A stretch of DNA of 64,000 nucleotides from Vulcanimicrobiota bacterium (GTDB taxonomy: Bacteria; Vulcanimicrobiota; Vulcanimicrobiia; Vulcanimicrobiales; Vulcanimicrobiaceae), in NCBI GenBank assembly GCA_963812155.1, contig CAWETW010000003.1, positions 32,001 through 96,000 on the forward strand, read 5' to 3'. The first letter of the stretch is position 1; each line of letters starts with the position of its first letter. Positions 54,295 to 64,000 of the stretch are shown piece by piece. Position numbers and translations under genes: made by a program. The notes beneath the pieces are model-generated. The model made no database searches. It was given only the letters and a program-made list of their open reading frames with translations, and was not told where the DNA came from.

Positions 54295-56046
54295 TCAACG
54301 CGGCTGGGCGGCTGCGAGGGCGTCATAGGCGTCCCGCAGCCGGGCCGCTTCGAGCACGGGCGCGCCGCAGGCCGTCCCGAGGCAAACGTAGGCGGCGGGA
54401 TGCGGTTGCGCGGGAAGCTGCGCCTCGGCCGCGCCGTCCGGAGGCAGCGTACGAATGGTGAACGCCGCCGGTAGGCGCAGGGCCGCCTCGCGAAAAGGGT
54501 CGGTCGCGAGCGGCGCCCCGACGATGCGAATCGAGAGTTCGGGCGAGAGCAAGCGGCGCAGCGCGCGCCCGAAGGTCGCGGCGAACGATCCCGCCGACGC
54601 GTAGGTACGGGCGTAGACCGCCAATGCCGCGGCCGCCCGTTCACGGTAGCGCGGTTCGAACGTGAGCGCGCTGAGCCGAAGCAGCCCGTCCGCCACCGTT
54701 GCGTTATCGACGATCGGGCGATCGCGCATCTCCAGCCGTCCAAGCGTATCCGCATGAACGCGGTCGTAAAAACCGCCGTCCTCCGCTTCAAAGCGTTCGA
54801 GGATGCGCTCGGCAAGCGCCCGCGCGCGTTCGAGAAAACGCGGTTCGCCCGAGATTTCGTGCGCGTCGAGCAATGCGCGCAGGTAGGCGGCTTGGTCGGT
54901 GAGGAGCCCGCGTACCTGCGGCGCCTCGCCGGGCACGACGTAGTGGTAGGCAAGGCCTTGCGCATCGGTGAGACGATCGTGCACGGCGTCGAGCGTCGCG
55001 GCAGCCTGCGCGATCGCCGTGTCGTCGTCGAGCGCGCGCCCCGCGTAAAACCACGCACCCGCCAAGCCGCACGTCCAGTTCGTATACGACGTCCGATCGA
55101 CGAACGGAGCCTCGCGCGCGGTGCGCTCTTCGAGCGGCAGCGCGAAGTACGCTTCGTCGGCGTCTTGACTGCCCGCGAACAGATGCGTTTGCGAATCGCG
55201 CAGCGTTTCACGTACGTAACGCATCGTCGAGACGAGAATGTCGCGGAAGCCGGCTCCCGGCCGCAAGAGCGTCAGGTGCGCGAGCACGCGGATGAGGCCG
55301 GCGTGATCTTCCGCCATCTTCTCGAAGTGCGGCACCGACCAATCGCGCGTGGTGGAATAGCGAAAAAATCCGCCCTCGACGTGATCGTAGGTTCCGCCGC
55401 GGGCCATCGCGAGCACCGTCTGGGCGACCATCGCGTAGAGGCGTTCCTCGCCGCCGCCGCGCCACTCGGATAGCAAAAATTCGAGCAGTTCCGGTTGCGG
55501 AAACTTCGGCGCATCGCCGAAACCGCCGTACTCGTCGTCGTACGACTCGGTCAACTGCTCGATCAGCCGAACGATCATCGTTTCGCGCAGCTCGCTCGGT
55601 GCGCCGTCGCGCGGTACGTGCGGGGGCGCCGCAGCGGCTCGCGCGGCAATCGCCGGTTTATTTCCGGCGTAGAACGAGGCGACGTCGTCGAGCGCGCGCC
55701 GCAGCGTCTCGGGCGGAAGATACGTTGCGCCGGTCAAGAGCGTGCCGTCGGGAGCGAGGAACGCGGTCGTCGGCCAGCCGCCCATGTTATAACGCGCGTT
55801 GACGTCGGGACGGCGATCGTTGTCGACGCGCACCGGTACGTAGCGCTCGTTGATCGAGGCGATGACGTCAGGATCCGAATACGTCGTTTCGTCCATGACG
55901 TGGCACCAGTGACACCACACCGCGGAAATCGCCAGCAGGATCGGCTTGTCTTGCGCGCGCGCTCGATCGAAGGCTTCCGGCCCCCACGCCGACCACTCGA
56001 TTTCGTTCGCGCGGTTGGCACGCGGCGAGAAACGGAACTCACTCAT
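54295..56046 (-). CDS. Thioredoxin-domain (DUF255/YyaL-like) protein
   Basis: WCHWCHVM, GGWPTT, GGFGDAPKFP, GGFFRYS, VPHFEKM. Confidence 0.9.
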   Translation of the reverse strand: MSEFRFSPRANRANEIEWSAWGPEAFDRARAQDKPILLAISAVWCHWCHVMDETTYSDPDVIASINERYVPVRVDNDRRPDVNARYNMGGWPTTAFLAPDGTLLTGATYLPPETLRRALDDVASFYAGNKPAIAARAAAAPPHVPRDGAPSELRETMIVRLIEQLTESYDDEYGGFGDAPKFPQPELLEFLLSEWRGGGEERLYAMVAQTVLAMARGGTYDHVEGGFFRYSTTRDWSVPHFEKMAEDHAGLIRVLAHLTLLRPGAGFRDILVSTMRYVRETLRDSQTHLFAGSQDADEAYFALPLEERTAREAPFVDRTSYTNWTCGLAGAWFYAGRALDDDTAIAQAAATLDAVHDRLTDAQGLAYHYVVPGEAPQVRGLLTDQAAYLRALLDAHEISGEPRFLERARALAERILERFEAEDGGFYDRVHADTLGRLEMRDRPIVDNATVADGLLRLSALTFEPRYRERAAAALAVYARTYASAGSFAATFGRALRRLLSPELSIRIVGAPLATDPFREAALRLPAAFTIRTLPPDGAAEAQLPAQPHPAAYVCLGTACGAPVLEAARLRDAYDALAAAQPR

Positions 56047-56317
56047 CTTCGGATGCTCCCCGCAGAAACGACGCGCCGTAGAACGTGGCGATGACGGCAT
56101 AGACGGCTAGTCCCACAATGGCTACCGATTCGGTTCGCAGCGCGAAGGTTGCGGCGAAGCATGCCGCAAACGCCAAGGCGGCGAGCGCAACGCCGCGGTG
56201 GGTGCGCGCCGTCATTGCGTAGACTTCCACATCGTAATAGCCGCCGGGCCGGCGGCTGCGAGACCACGCAAAGAGCGCCATCGCGAGCGCCGCAATCAAA
56301 CCGGCGAGACTCCACAC
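56039..56317 (-). CDS. Small hypothetical membrane protein
   Basis: Three TM segments, GGYYD.EVY.M; overlaps the start of the DUF255 gene; start uncertain. Confidence 0.6.
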   Translation of the reverse strand: MWSLAGLIAALAMALFAWSRSRRPGGYYDVEVYAMTARTHRGVALAALAFAACFAATFALRTESVAIVGLAVYAVIATFYGASFLRGASEDE

Positions 56318-56375
56318 GTCAATGCCTTCGCCGCGCACGCGGTAAGCCGCTGCCGAACGTCGAACGGCGCAGCCC

Positions 56376-57995
56376 ATGCCCTCGAAAAAGAACGCCGGCA
56401 GCCGGCCGGGCGAACTGCGGACGTATCGCAAGAAACGCGACTTCGGCATTACGCCGGAACCGAGCGGTAAGAAGGTCTCGGCCGCCAAGCGATTGCGTTT
56501 CGTCGTGCAGATGCATCGCGCAACGCGCCTGCACTACGATTTCCGGTTGGAAGCCGCGGGCGTGCTGGCGTCGTGGGCCGTTCCCAAAGGCCCGACGCTC
56601 AAACCGCTCGACCGGCGGCTAGCAATGCACGTCGAGGACCACCCGATGGACTATCGCGACTTCGAGGGCAATATTCCGGCCGGCCAGTACGGGGCGGGTA
56701 GCGTCATCGTGTGGGACGAGGGAACCTACACGGTGCTCGAAGGTGATGATCCTGCGGCCGAGATCGCCGGCGGAAAAATCAAGTTCGTTTTGCACGGCGA
56801 AAAACTGAAGGGCGAATTTACGCTCGTCCGCATCAAGGCGCGCGAGGGCGAACGCGGCGACCCGTGGTTGCTGCTGAAGGATCACGACGAATATGAGGAT
56901 CCGAAGTACGATCCGGCCGCGCATCCGGAATCGGTAAAGACCGGGAAGACGCTCGACGACGTCGCCCGCAATCCCCGTTCGAAAATCTGGAACTCCAAGC
57001 AAAAAGCCCGATCGGCCGCGGCACCGCGACTGCCGGAGCGCGTCAAGCGCGATCCGCTGCCGAAGTTGAAATCGGTCATGCTGGCAACCCTGGTCGACGC
57101 GCCGTTCGACGATGACGGATGGCTGTTCGAAATCAAGTGGGATGGGTACCGCGCGATATGCACGATCGACGGCAAAGGGCGGTTGTCGCTCGTCTCCCGC
57201 AACGACATCGATTTACTCGCGCGTTTTCCGGCGATGGACGGTTTGGCCGAGGCTTTTTCCAGCGTACCGGTCGTCGTCGACGGCGAGATCGTCAGCCTGG
57301 ACGCCAAGGGGCGTTCGGAGTTTCAACGACTGCAGGAGTACCAGCAATCGAAATCGTCGCTGACCTACGTTGCGTTCGATCTGCTCTACGCCGACGGCCG
57401 CGACCTGCGCAAGACGCCGCTGGAAGAACGCAAGGCGTTGCTCGAACGGACGATTGCCGACGAAAACCTCGTGCTGTACTCCAAACACGTCGTAGAGAAC
57501 GGTACGGCGTTTTTCGATGCCGCCAAGAAGCGTGGGCTCGAGGGCATCGTCGGCAAAAAGCGCAGCTCGTTATACCAAGAACGCCGCTCGCGGGACTGGG
57601 TGAAGATCAAGGCTCAACTCGAAGGCGAGTTCGTGGTGGGCGGCTGGACCGACCCGCGCGGCAGCCGCAAAGGCTTTGGAGCGCTGCTGCTGGGCGCGCG
57701 CGACGGCGGAAAGCTTCGCTACGTCGGATCGGTCGGAACCGGCTTCAACCATAAGACGCTCGCTGCGTTGCACGCGCGGTTGGTGCGAATCGCGCGCAAA
57801 ACGTCGCCGTTCGACACGCCGGTCGACGTGCGCGAAGCGACGCATTGGGTGAAACCCGAGCTCGTGGTGCAAGTGCGCTATACCGAACTGACGCGCGACC
57901 TGCAGTTGCGCCACCCCGCCTATCTCGGCGAACGGTTCGACAAACCGGCCGAAGACGTGACGCTCGAGCTGCCGGCGCACCGCGGGAAGGGCTGA
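56376..57995 (+). CDS. ligD: NHEJ LigD: 3'-phosphoesterase plus ATP-dependent ligase domains
   Basis: FVVQMH.A.RLHYDFRLE, SWAVPKGP, EIKWDGYR, DGEIV, EGIVGK, WVKIK. Confidence 0.93.
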   Translation: MPSKKNAGSRPGELRTYRKKRDFGITPEPSGKKVSAAKRLRFVVQMHRATRLHYDFRLEAAGVLASWAVPKGPTLKPLDRRLAMHVEDHPMDYRDFEGNIPAGQYGAGSVIVWDEGTYTVLEGDDPAAEIAGGKIKFVLHGEKLKGEFTLVRIKAREGERGDPWLLLKDHDEYEDPKYDPAAHPESVKTGKTLDDVARNPRSKIWNSKQKARSAAAPRLPERVKRDPLPKLKSVMLATLVDAPFDDDGWLFEIKWDGYRAICTIDGKGRLSLVSRNDIDLLARFPAMDGLAEAFSSVPVVVDGEIVSLDAKGRSEFQRLQEYQQSKSSLTYVAFDLLYADGRDLRKTPLEERKALLERTIADENLVLYSKHVVENGTAFFDAAKKRGLEGIVGKKRSSLYQERRSRDWVKIKAQLEGEFVVGGWTDPRGSRKGFGALLLGARDGGKLRYVGSVGTGFNHKTLAALHARLVRIARKTSPFDTPVDVREATHWVKPELVVQVRYTELTRDLQLRHPAYLGERFDKPAEDVTLELPAHRGKG

Positions 57996-57996
57996 C

Positions 57997-58950
57997 GTGT
58001 CCGAGCGCATTCCGGTCACGGTTGGTTCGCGGCGGCTGTCGTTTTCGAATCTCGATAAGGTCCTGTGGCCGCGCGACGGTTACACGAAGGGCGACCTCAT
58101 CGAATACTACCGCGCAGTAGCCGGCGTCATCGTGCCGTATCTCGAGGAGCGTCCGTTGACGCTGCAGCGGTATCCCGACGGCATCGACGGTTTTTCGTTC
58201 TTCGAAAAACGTCTTCCCAAGGGCGTGCCGGATTGGGTCGATCGCGTCACCGCGTCGTCGGCGGAGGGTGGAAAGAAGGTCACGTACGTCGTGTGTAACG
58301 ACGAGCCGACGCTCGCGTACGTCGCCAATCTTGCATCGATCGTCCTGCACGCATGGACCTCCCGCGTGCAGACGCTCGACGATCCGGATTTCGTATTCTT
58401 CGACGTCGATCCGGGAGAGAAATGCACGCTCAAGACGCTCGCGACCGTTACGCTTGCAATCCGCGACACGCTCGAGGGCATCGGATTGAAGTCGCTGGTG
58501 AAAACGTCGGGCGGCATGGGATTGCACGTGTTCGTGCCGCTGGCTGCGGGCTACACCTACGAGACCGCCAAACTCTTCGCAGAACTCCTGGCGCGCCAGG
58601 TCGCGCAGAATCTGGGCAGTGCGGTGACGCTGGAACGAACGGTTTCCAAACGCGATCCCAAAGCCGTCTATCTCGATTACGTTCAGGTCGGCCGCGGGAA
58701 AACGTACGTCGTCGCGTACTCGGTGCGCGCGCGCGACGGAGCGCCGGTCTCTACGCCGCTGGAATGGGATGAGGTCGAAGCGTTTGCGCGCAAACGCGGC
58801 GCAACGATGCCCGCGGATGCGTTTGCCGCTTTTACGATGCGCACGGCCCCCAAGCGCCTCAAGAGCCGCGGCGATCCCTGGGCGGGAGCGGCTTGGAAGA
58901 AGCAGCGGCTCGAGGGAGCCATCTCCAGAGCCCAATCGACCTGGACGTAG
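57997..58950 (+). CDS. Stand-alone LigD polymerase (AEP) domain protein
   Basis: SNLDKVLWP, TKGDLIEYY, RYPDG, FFEK, FDVDP, KTSGG.GLH, YSVRAR. Confidence 0.92.
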   Translation: MSERIPVTVGSRRLSFSNLDKVLWPRDGYTKGDLIEYYRAVAGVIVPYLEERPLTLQRYPDGIDGFSFFEKRLPKGVPDWVDRVTASSAEGGKKVTYVVCNDEPTLAYVANLASIVLHAWTSRVQTLDDPDFVFFDVDPGEKCTLKTLATVTLAIRDTLEGIGLKSLVKTSGGMGLHVFVPLAAGYTYETAKLFAELLARQVAQNLGSAVTLERTVSKRDPKAVYLDYVQVGRGKTYVVAYSVRARDGAPVSTPLEWDEVEAFARKRGATMPADAFAAFTMRTAPKRLKSRGDPWAGAAWKKQRLEGAISRAQSTWT

Positions 58951-58953
58951 CCG

Positions 58954-59036
58954 GTGTCACCCTGAGCGGAGCGTGCGCAGCACGCGCAGTCGAAGGGCTG
59001 AGCGGAGCGCGGCGAAGCCGCGCGCAGTCGAAGGAC
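58954..59036 (+). repeat. Structured REP-like element, tandem copies C and D
   Basis: GTGTCACCCTGAGCGGA-GCGTGC-GCA-GCACGC-GCAGTCGAAGGG followed by CTGAGCGGA-GCGCGGC-GAA-GCCGCGC-GCAGTCGAAGGAC. Confidence 0.85.
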
Positions 59037-59081
59037 GAAGGGCGGGACTTGGCGCCGGAAATCGGGTAGAATGGCCAGACT

Positions 59082-59933
59082 ATGGCGCATGCAATTTGGT
59101 CCGGAGCCATTAACTTCGGGTTGGTCACGATACCGGTGAAGGTCTTTACGGCGGTCAAAACCGACGAGCTGTCGTTCAATCTGCTGCACAAGAAAGATGA
59201 GGGACGCATCAAATACGAACGCGTCTGCAGCGTCGACGGCAAGACGGTGCCGTGGGACGAAATCGTCAAAGGATATGAGTTCGAAAAGGGCCAGTACGTC
59301 CTCCTGACCGACGAGGATTTCAAGAAGGTCAATCCCGAGGCGACGCAGTCGGTCGACATTTTGGAGTTCGTCGAACTCGATAAAATCAATCCGATGTTCT
59401 TCGACAAGCCGTACTACCTCGAGCCGACCAAACAGGGACGCCATGCCTACGCGCTGCTGCGCGAGGCACTCGCAAAGAGCAATCGGGTCGCGATCGCCCG
59501 CGTCGTGATTCGCACCAAAGAGTACATCGCCGCCGTAAAACCGCTCGACGATGCGCTGGTGCTCGAACTGATGCACTGGGCGACCGAAATGGTCAGCCCG
59601 GGCACGCTGGAGCTGCCGGGTTCGGAGAAACTTCCGGAGGCGGAAATGAAGATGGCGAAGATGCTCATCGACACGATGAGCGTCGATGCGTTCGAACCCG
59701 ACAAGTTCGTCAACCGCTATCACGACGAAGTGCTCGCGATGATCGACGCTCGTGCCAAAGGCCAGGAGTTGCCCAAGGCCAAGAAGGCGCCCCCGCGCGC
59801 AAAGGTGGTCAATCTCATGGACGTTCTGGCTGCGAGCCTCGAAGAGAGCAAGAAGCGCAGGGCCTCTTCCAACGGACGCAGCGCGTCGCAAGACAAGCCG
59901 CACGCCAAGCGCCGCAAAAAAACCGCTGCCTGA
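59082..59933 (+). CDS. ku: NHEJ protein Ku
   Basis: IWSGAINFGLVTIPVK, IVKGYE, YYLEP, VVNLMDVLAASL, basic tail. Confidence 0.96.
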   Translation: MAHAIWSGAINFGLVTIPVKVFTAVKTDELSFNLLHKKDEGRIKYERVCSVDGKTVPWDEIVKGYEFEKGQYVLLTDEDFKKVNPEATQSVDILEFVELDKINPMFFDKPYYLEPTKQGRHAYALLREALAKSNRVAIARVVIRTKEYIAAVKPLDDALVLELMHWATEMVSPGTLELPGSEKLPEAEMKMAKMLIDTMSVDAFEPDKFVNRYHDEVLAMIDARAKGQELPKAKKAPPRAKVVNLMDVLAASLEESKKRRASSNGRSASQDKPHAKRRKKTAA

Positions 59934-61200
59934 CCCGGCCGATCGCGAGTCGCTGCGCGCACGCATTCGCGTCGCCGTCGATCTCGCCATCGGTAACCAT
60001 GCCGCGCCGGCGCAAAGTGCACTGGCGAACGTTGCGCCGGCCGTCCAGGGCGGCGACGACGAAATGCTCGCGCTGTACTTCCAGGCGCGTGCCATTGCGG
60101 CGGTCAAGGCGCGGCGTATCGCCGAGGGCTTCGCAGCCTTCGAGTCCGCCTTAGCCGCCGCGCGACGATACGGCGTCGCCGCGCTCTGCGCGCGGATTCT
60201 GATCAACTATGGAACGGCGCTGATACAAGACGGCGATATCGCCCTTGCCGTCGCGCTGCTCGAAGAGTCGCTAGCCCTCTCGCGTTCGATCGAACGCACG
60301 ACCGCGCGCGGCACGCTCGAAAAACTGCGCGCGCTTGCGAGCACGAAACCGGTCGCGCTGACGAGTCTCGCGGAGGCGCGGTTTGCCGCGGGCGATCTCG
60401 ACGGATCGGCGGACGCCCTGCGCGAGTTCCACGCGATGCGCAGCGGTAACAGCGGCGATCTCGTCGTCGCTGCCGCGGTGGGCATTCCGCTCGCGACGCT
60501 GCGCGGCGACGACGTGCTGCTGCGTCAGAGTTGGGATCCGAGTCTGCTCGACCTTGCCTTTGCCCGCCGCGAGCAGTGGCTCTGCGGCCCGCTCGTCGAA
60601 GCTTTCTGCGCGCGCTTCGAGCACCTGGGACGGCGTCGCGAACACGACGCACTGCTGCTTCGAGCCGCGGCATCGCTCGAGTCGCTCGATAACAGCCTGC
60701 TGCTTGGTATTCGCCTCGGACGCCTCGGTTCGGCGGCGTGCTTGCCGCGCGTCAGCGCGCTCGTGTCGCGGCAGTGCGACGGTGACGGCGTCTTGCTGCC
60801 GGCTTACCGCGACCTTTTCGAGGCGTTCGTCGCGTCGCGGCGTCAGATCCCGGGACGGTCGCACGAGTTGGCGCTGCGGGCGCAGCGCGGCTTTGACGGC
60901 GCAGGGCGGCCGCATTTGCGGGCACTGGCGGCATCGGCGGCCGGAAAGGCGTCCGCGCTCCGCTGGAGCGGCGCGCCGGTGCCACGGCGTCTCGCCGCCC
61001 AGTTGACCGGCCGGGAACGGGAGGTCGCTGCACTGGCGGCCGACGGGATGCCGAACCGCGCCATTGCGCAGCGCCTGCGCCTTAGCGAACGTACGGTTCA
61101 TCACCACTGCGAGGCGATCTTCGGAAAGCTGGGCATCCGTTCGCGCTGGCAGCTTCCCTCGGCACTCAACGATGTGTTTGCCTCAACCGAAAATGCATAG
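59926..61200 (+). CDS. LuxR-family HTH regulator with helical/TPR-like N-terminus
   Basis: C-terminal LTGREREVAALAADGMPNRAIAQRLRLSERTV..H...IFGKLGIRSR; start uncertain (alternative ATG 60064). Confidence 0.82.
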   Translation: MPDPADRESLRARIRVAVDLAIGNHAAPAQSALANVAPAVQGGDDEMLALYFQARAIAAVKARRIAEGFAAFESALAAARRYGVAALCARILINYGTALIQDGDIALAVALLEESLALSRSIERTTARGTLEKLRALASTKPVALTSLAEARFAAGDLDGSADALREFHAMRSGNSGDLVVAAAVGIPLATLRGDDVLLRQSWDPSLLDLAFARREQWLCGPLVEAFCARFEHLGRRREHDALLLRAAASLESLDNSLLLGIRLGRLGSAACLPRVSALVSRQCDGDGVLLPAYRDLFEAFVASRRQIPGRSHELALRAQRGFDGAGRPHLRALAASAAGKASALRWSGAPVPRRLAAQLTGREREVAALAADGMPNRAIAQRLRLSERTVHHHCEAIFGKLGIRSRWQLPSALNDVFASTENA

Positions 61201-61240
61201 GCAATTTACCCATGACCCCTGTCGGAGATGGGTCTATTAT
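61197..61240 (+). promoter_or_regulatory. Imperfect palindrome abutting a -35/-10 promoter (candidate LuxR-type activator site)
   Basis: ATAGGCAATTTACCCAT (61197-61213); ATGACC (61212-61217)-17 nt-TATTAT (61235-61240). Confidence 0.55.
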
Positions 61241-61273
61241 TGATTGAACAAACTCGCGGTGGAGGGACGGTAC

Positions 61274-62218
61274 ATGACGGCTTCTCGTGGCTTCGTTCGG
61301 ATGCTTGGCTTTTTTCTTACGACGGTACTTCTTAGTGCGTGCGGTGACGGCATCGGCGCCTCACCGGCGACGCAATCCGTGCAGACTTCACCGCTGGCGC
61401 CGGCCGCACGTACCGGCAACCTGCTCTACGTTGCGGATTTGAATGCGGGCGACGTCTACGTCTTCTCCTATCCGGGAGGCAGGCTCAGAAGGAAGCTCAC
61501 CGGCTTTCAAGCCGTTCATTACCTGTGCGTTGACGGCGCCGGGCATATCTTCGTGGACGACACCGGCGCGAGCAAAGTGCTCGAGTACGACCGCACCGGC
61601 ACGCAGCCAATCCACACGTTTAAAACGCCGAATGCGACGCCGAATAGCTGTGCGATCGACCCCGCGACCGGGAATCTGGCGATTTCGTACAATCCGCTCG
61701 GCGATGGACCGGGCGCGGTCGACGTGTATAAACGTGCAACCGGCAAGCGGACGACGTATACCACTCCAAACGTCTTTCGCTACTATTTCATCGGTTACGA
61801 CAACGCGGGAAATCTCTTCATCGACGGCACCGATATGCACGTGACCTTCGAGCTTGCCGAACTGCCGGCCGGAGGCCAAACCACCCAAGCGATTACCATG
61901 GGCACCAGCGTGTCGTTGCCGGGCGCGATTGCGTGGGACGGACAGTACCTTGCAATCGGCGATCAAGTCTGCATCGAGTGCGCGTCGCAGATCGATCGCG
62001 TATCGGTGAGCGGCACGACGGCTACGCTCGTGGGAACGGTTGCGTTGCTTGACTCGTGCGACGTACTGCAGTACTGGATCGACAAGGGGCGCGTCATCGC
62101 CGCCGACGACTGCGGCAGCACGGTGAAGTATTTCAACTATCCCGCCGGCGGCAACTCGCTCAAGACGATTGCTTCTCCGCTCAACGAGCCCGTCGGCGTC
62201 ACGGTCAGTCCGAAGTAA
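61274..62218 (+). CDS. Beta-propeller (NHL-like) lipoprotein
   Basis: GGAGG RBS, lipobox LLSAC, repeats LYVAD, CVDGAG.IFV, YDNAGNLFIDG, WDGQYLAI. Confidence 0.8.
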   Translation: MTASRGFVRMLGFFLTTVLLSACGDGIGASPATQSVQTSPLAPAARTGNLLYVADLNAGDVYVFSYPGGRLRRKLTGFQAVHYLCVDGAGHIFVDDTGASKVLEYDRTGTQPIHTFKTPNATPNSCAIDPATGNLAISYNPLGDGPGAVDVYKRATGKRTTYTTPNVFRYYFIGYDNAGNLFIDGTDMHVTFELAELPAGGQTTQAITMGTSVSLPGAIAWDGQYLAIGDQVCIECASQIDRVSVSGTTATLVGTVALLDSCDVLQYWIDKGRVIAADDCGSTVKYFNYPAGGNSLKTIASPLNEPVGVTVSPK

Positions 62219-62222
62219 CGCA

Positions 62223-63479
62223 CTAGCGAAGGTTTTCCGCCTTCATGGCTTCGACCTCACGGTCAAGCGGGAGCGCCGTATCGTCGCTCGCGCGTTCGTT
62301 CGACTCTCTTCGGGCGCCGAAGAGGCCCATGACGAGCGCGACCGACACGAACGAAAGCGATTCGGCGCCTGCAAACGCCGGCCCGAGGGCACCGAGCAAT
62401 CCCGTGGAGACCGGCGGCGCGAGAATTCCGGAGAGCGAGTCGAGCGAGGACGAGGTTCCAAGGACGACGCCCTGCTCGCGGTCGGATGCGGCGTTGCTGA
62501 TGAGCGCCGTGATACCGGTGTTGACCAGCGCCATTCCGAACGAGAAGAGGATCATCGTCACGGCCAAGCCGCCGATATTGTGCACGAACGGAACGTACGC
62601 AAACGCACCGAGCAGCGACACGAGGCCGACGTTCGACATACGGCGATCGCCCTGGCTGGCGTTGCTCATCGTGCGATCGCCGAGCAGCGACGAGATGCGT
62701 CCTACGAGAAAGACGTTGCAGAACACGTTGAAGACCGCAAAAATCGAAAAGAAATAATCGGTCTGCGTCAGCGAAAATCCGAGCTGCCGCTGCAAATAGA
62801 GCGAGATGACCGAGAACCATCCGTACAGGCCCATGGAGATCGCGAGCTTTTGCCAGAGAATCCGTCCCAAACGTGGTTTCTTGATAACGGCCAGGATTTC
62901 GCGCAGGCCGACGCGCGCTTCGTCGTCATCGCGTGCACGCGACTCGGGCAGCATCACGATCGTGACGAGCAGCGTCAGCAGCTGCAGGGCCGCGGCCGCT
63001 AAAAACGGCGCGGCGAAACCGAAGTGCGAGAAGAGCAGGCCGCCGGCGAAAGGCCCGAAGACCATGCCGGCGCCGAACATCGCGCCGATGAGTCCGAAGG
63101 CGCGGGAACGGTCTTTCGCCTCGATGAGGTCGGCGACGTAGGCCTGCGTGATGCTGATGTTGCCGCCCGAGACGCCCTCGATGATGCGGGCAACGAATAC
63201 CAGCGCGATGCCTGGCGCGAAGGCCAGCATCGCCCAGCCGATCGTGGCGCCGATTTGCGAGATGATCAGGACGCGCTTGCGCCCGAACCGATCCGAGACG
63301 TGTCCCCACAGCGGCGCGGTCACGAGTTGGCAGAGCGAAAAGGTTCCGAAGAGCACGCCGACGGTGAACGGCGAGGCGCCGAAGTGCGTCACGAAATAGG
63401 GCAGCATCGGAATCAGCATGCTGAAGCCGATGATGTCGATGAACGTCACGCCGAGAATCGGAAGAAGTTTACGAATCAT
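62223..63479 (-). CDS. MFS transporter, TetA/DHA1-like
   Basis: [39 protein letters not shown]...QAYVAD, GMVFGP. Confidence 0.9.
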   Translation of the reverse strand: MIRKLLPILGVTFIDIIGFSMLIPMLPYFVTHFGASPFTVGVLFGTFSLCQLVTAPLWGHVSDRFGRKRVLIISQIGATIGWAMLAFAPGIALVFVARIIEGVSGGNISITQAYVADLIEAKDRSRAFGLIGAMFGAGMVFGPFAGGLLFSHFGFAAPFLAAAALQLLTLLVTIVMLPESRARDDDEARVGLREILAVIKKPRLGRILWQKLAISMGLYGWFSVISLYLQRQLGFSLTQTDYFFSIFAVFNVFCNVFLVGRISSLLGDRTMSNASQGDRRMSNVGLVSLLGAFAYVPFVHNIGGLAVTMILFSFGMALVNTGITALISNAASDREQGVVLGTSSSLDSLSGILAPPVSTGLLGALGPAFAGAESLSFVSVALVMGLFGARRESNERASDDTALPLDREVEAMKAENLR

Positions 63480-64000
63480 GAGGCGACTCGACCGGCAAGA
63501 TTATGGGCGTGAGCCGCTCGCTCTTGCGAAACAGCTCGAGTTTATACGATCGGCTGAGGTCGATGCTCGTAAGAATCTTATGAAGCGCGTCGAGTCCGTG
63601 GACACGCTGCCCTTCGAAGGCGACCAGCACGTCGCCGGCTCGTACGCGGGCGGTATCGGCAGGACTGCCCGGCTCGACCGAGGCCACCATCACGGCGCGC
63701 GGGTCGTCCAGTCCGAAACGGCGTGCCGCAGCCGTAGAAAGCACGACGTCTTGCCCGGCGATACCGAAATAGCCGCGGCGTACCTTCCCGTCGCGCACGA
63801 GTAATCCGGCGATGTGCTTTGCCGTGTTGATTGCGATCGCAAAGCACAGGCCTTGACCCGGAAGCACGGCGGTATTGACGCCGATGACCTCGCCGCCGGC
63901 CGTAACGAGCGGGCCGCCGGAGTTCCCCGGATTGAGCGCCGCGTCGGTTTGGATGATGTTGTCCATCAGCCGTCCCGATTGCGAACGCAGCGTGCGCCCG
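63469..64000 (-). CDS. HtrA/DegS-like serine protease with PDZ domain (5' partial)
   Basis: [31 protein letters not shown]...GDV. Confidence 0.92.
   Translation of the reverse strand, partial: GRTLRSQSGRLMDNIIQTDAALNPGNSGGPLVTAGGEVIGVNTAVLPGQGLCFAIAINTAKHIAGLLVRDGKVRRGYFGIAGQDVVLSTAAARRFGLDDPRAVMVASVEPGSPADTARVRAGDVLVAFEGQRVHGLDALHKILTSIDLSRSYKLELFRKSERLTPIILPVESPHDS

Noticed and set aside
58954..59036. CRISPR array
   Set aside because: Only two adjacent units, the variable part is a short self-complementary hairpin rather than a spacer, copies are dispersed, and there are no cas genes.
59044..59069. SigB/SigF promoter before ku (GGGTAG)
   Set aside because: A -10-like hexamer is present but there is no GTTT-type -35 at proper spacing; too weak to call.

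Overview
High-GC bacterial chromosomal segment, mostly housekeeping and very gene-dense. It has Firmicutes-like synteny (rpiB-glyA-dCMP deaminase-tagO/wecA-wecB-atp operon-murA-mreB; rarA-iscS...alaS; hisS...aspS) together with diderm envelope genes (gmhA, split hldE, LpxB-like, GT9s, LptA-like). It also encodes several NHL/beta-propeller and phosphoesterase lipoproteins. This combination suggests a diderm Terrabacteria lineage such as Eremiobacterota/Vulcanimicrobiota (inference only). Other content: a 6S RNA, a ytxG-ytxH-rsbV-rsbW-sigB-like stress operon, split-LigD/Ku NHEJ genes, and a DUF190-Fluc pair. A candidate murein-peptide/D-Glu recycling operon is also present (epimerase, DUF1611, OppA, C39-like peptidase). 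Non-coding structure read from the sequence: (1) a four-copy structured REP-like repeat with covarying stems; (2) a palindrome at the lux-box position between a LuxR-type gene and a beta-propeller gene; (3) 21-bp-phased direct repeats before a phospholipase C-like gene; (4) an SD-covering inverted repeat before iscS. Single-base indels break several genes, including essential atpD, atpC and murA; these are most likely assembly errors. No tRNA, rRNA, CRISPR array, transposase or prophage was seen. Product calls come from motif recognition by eye, not database searches.
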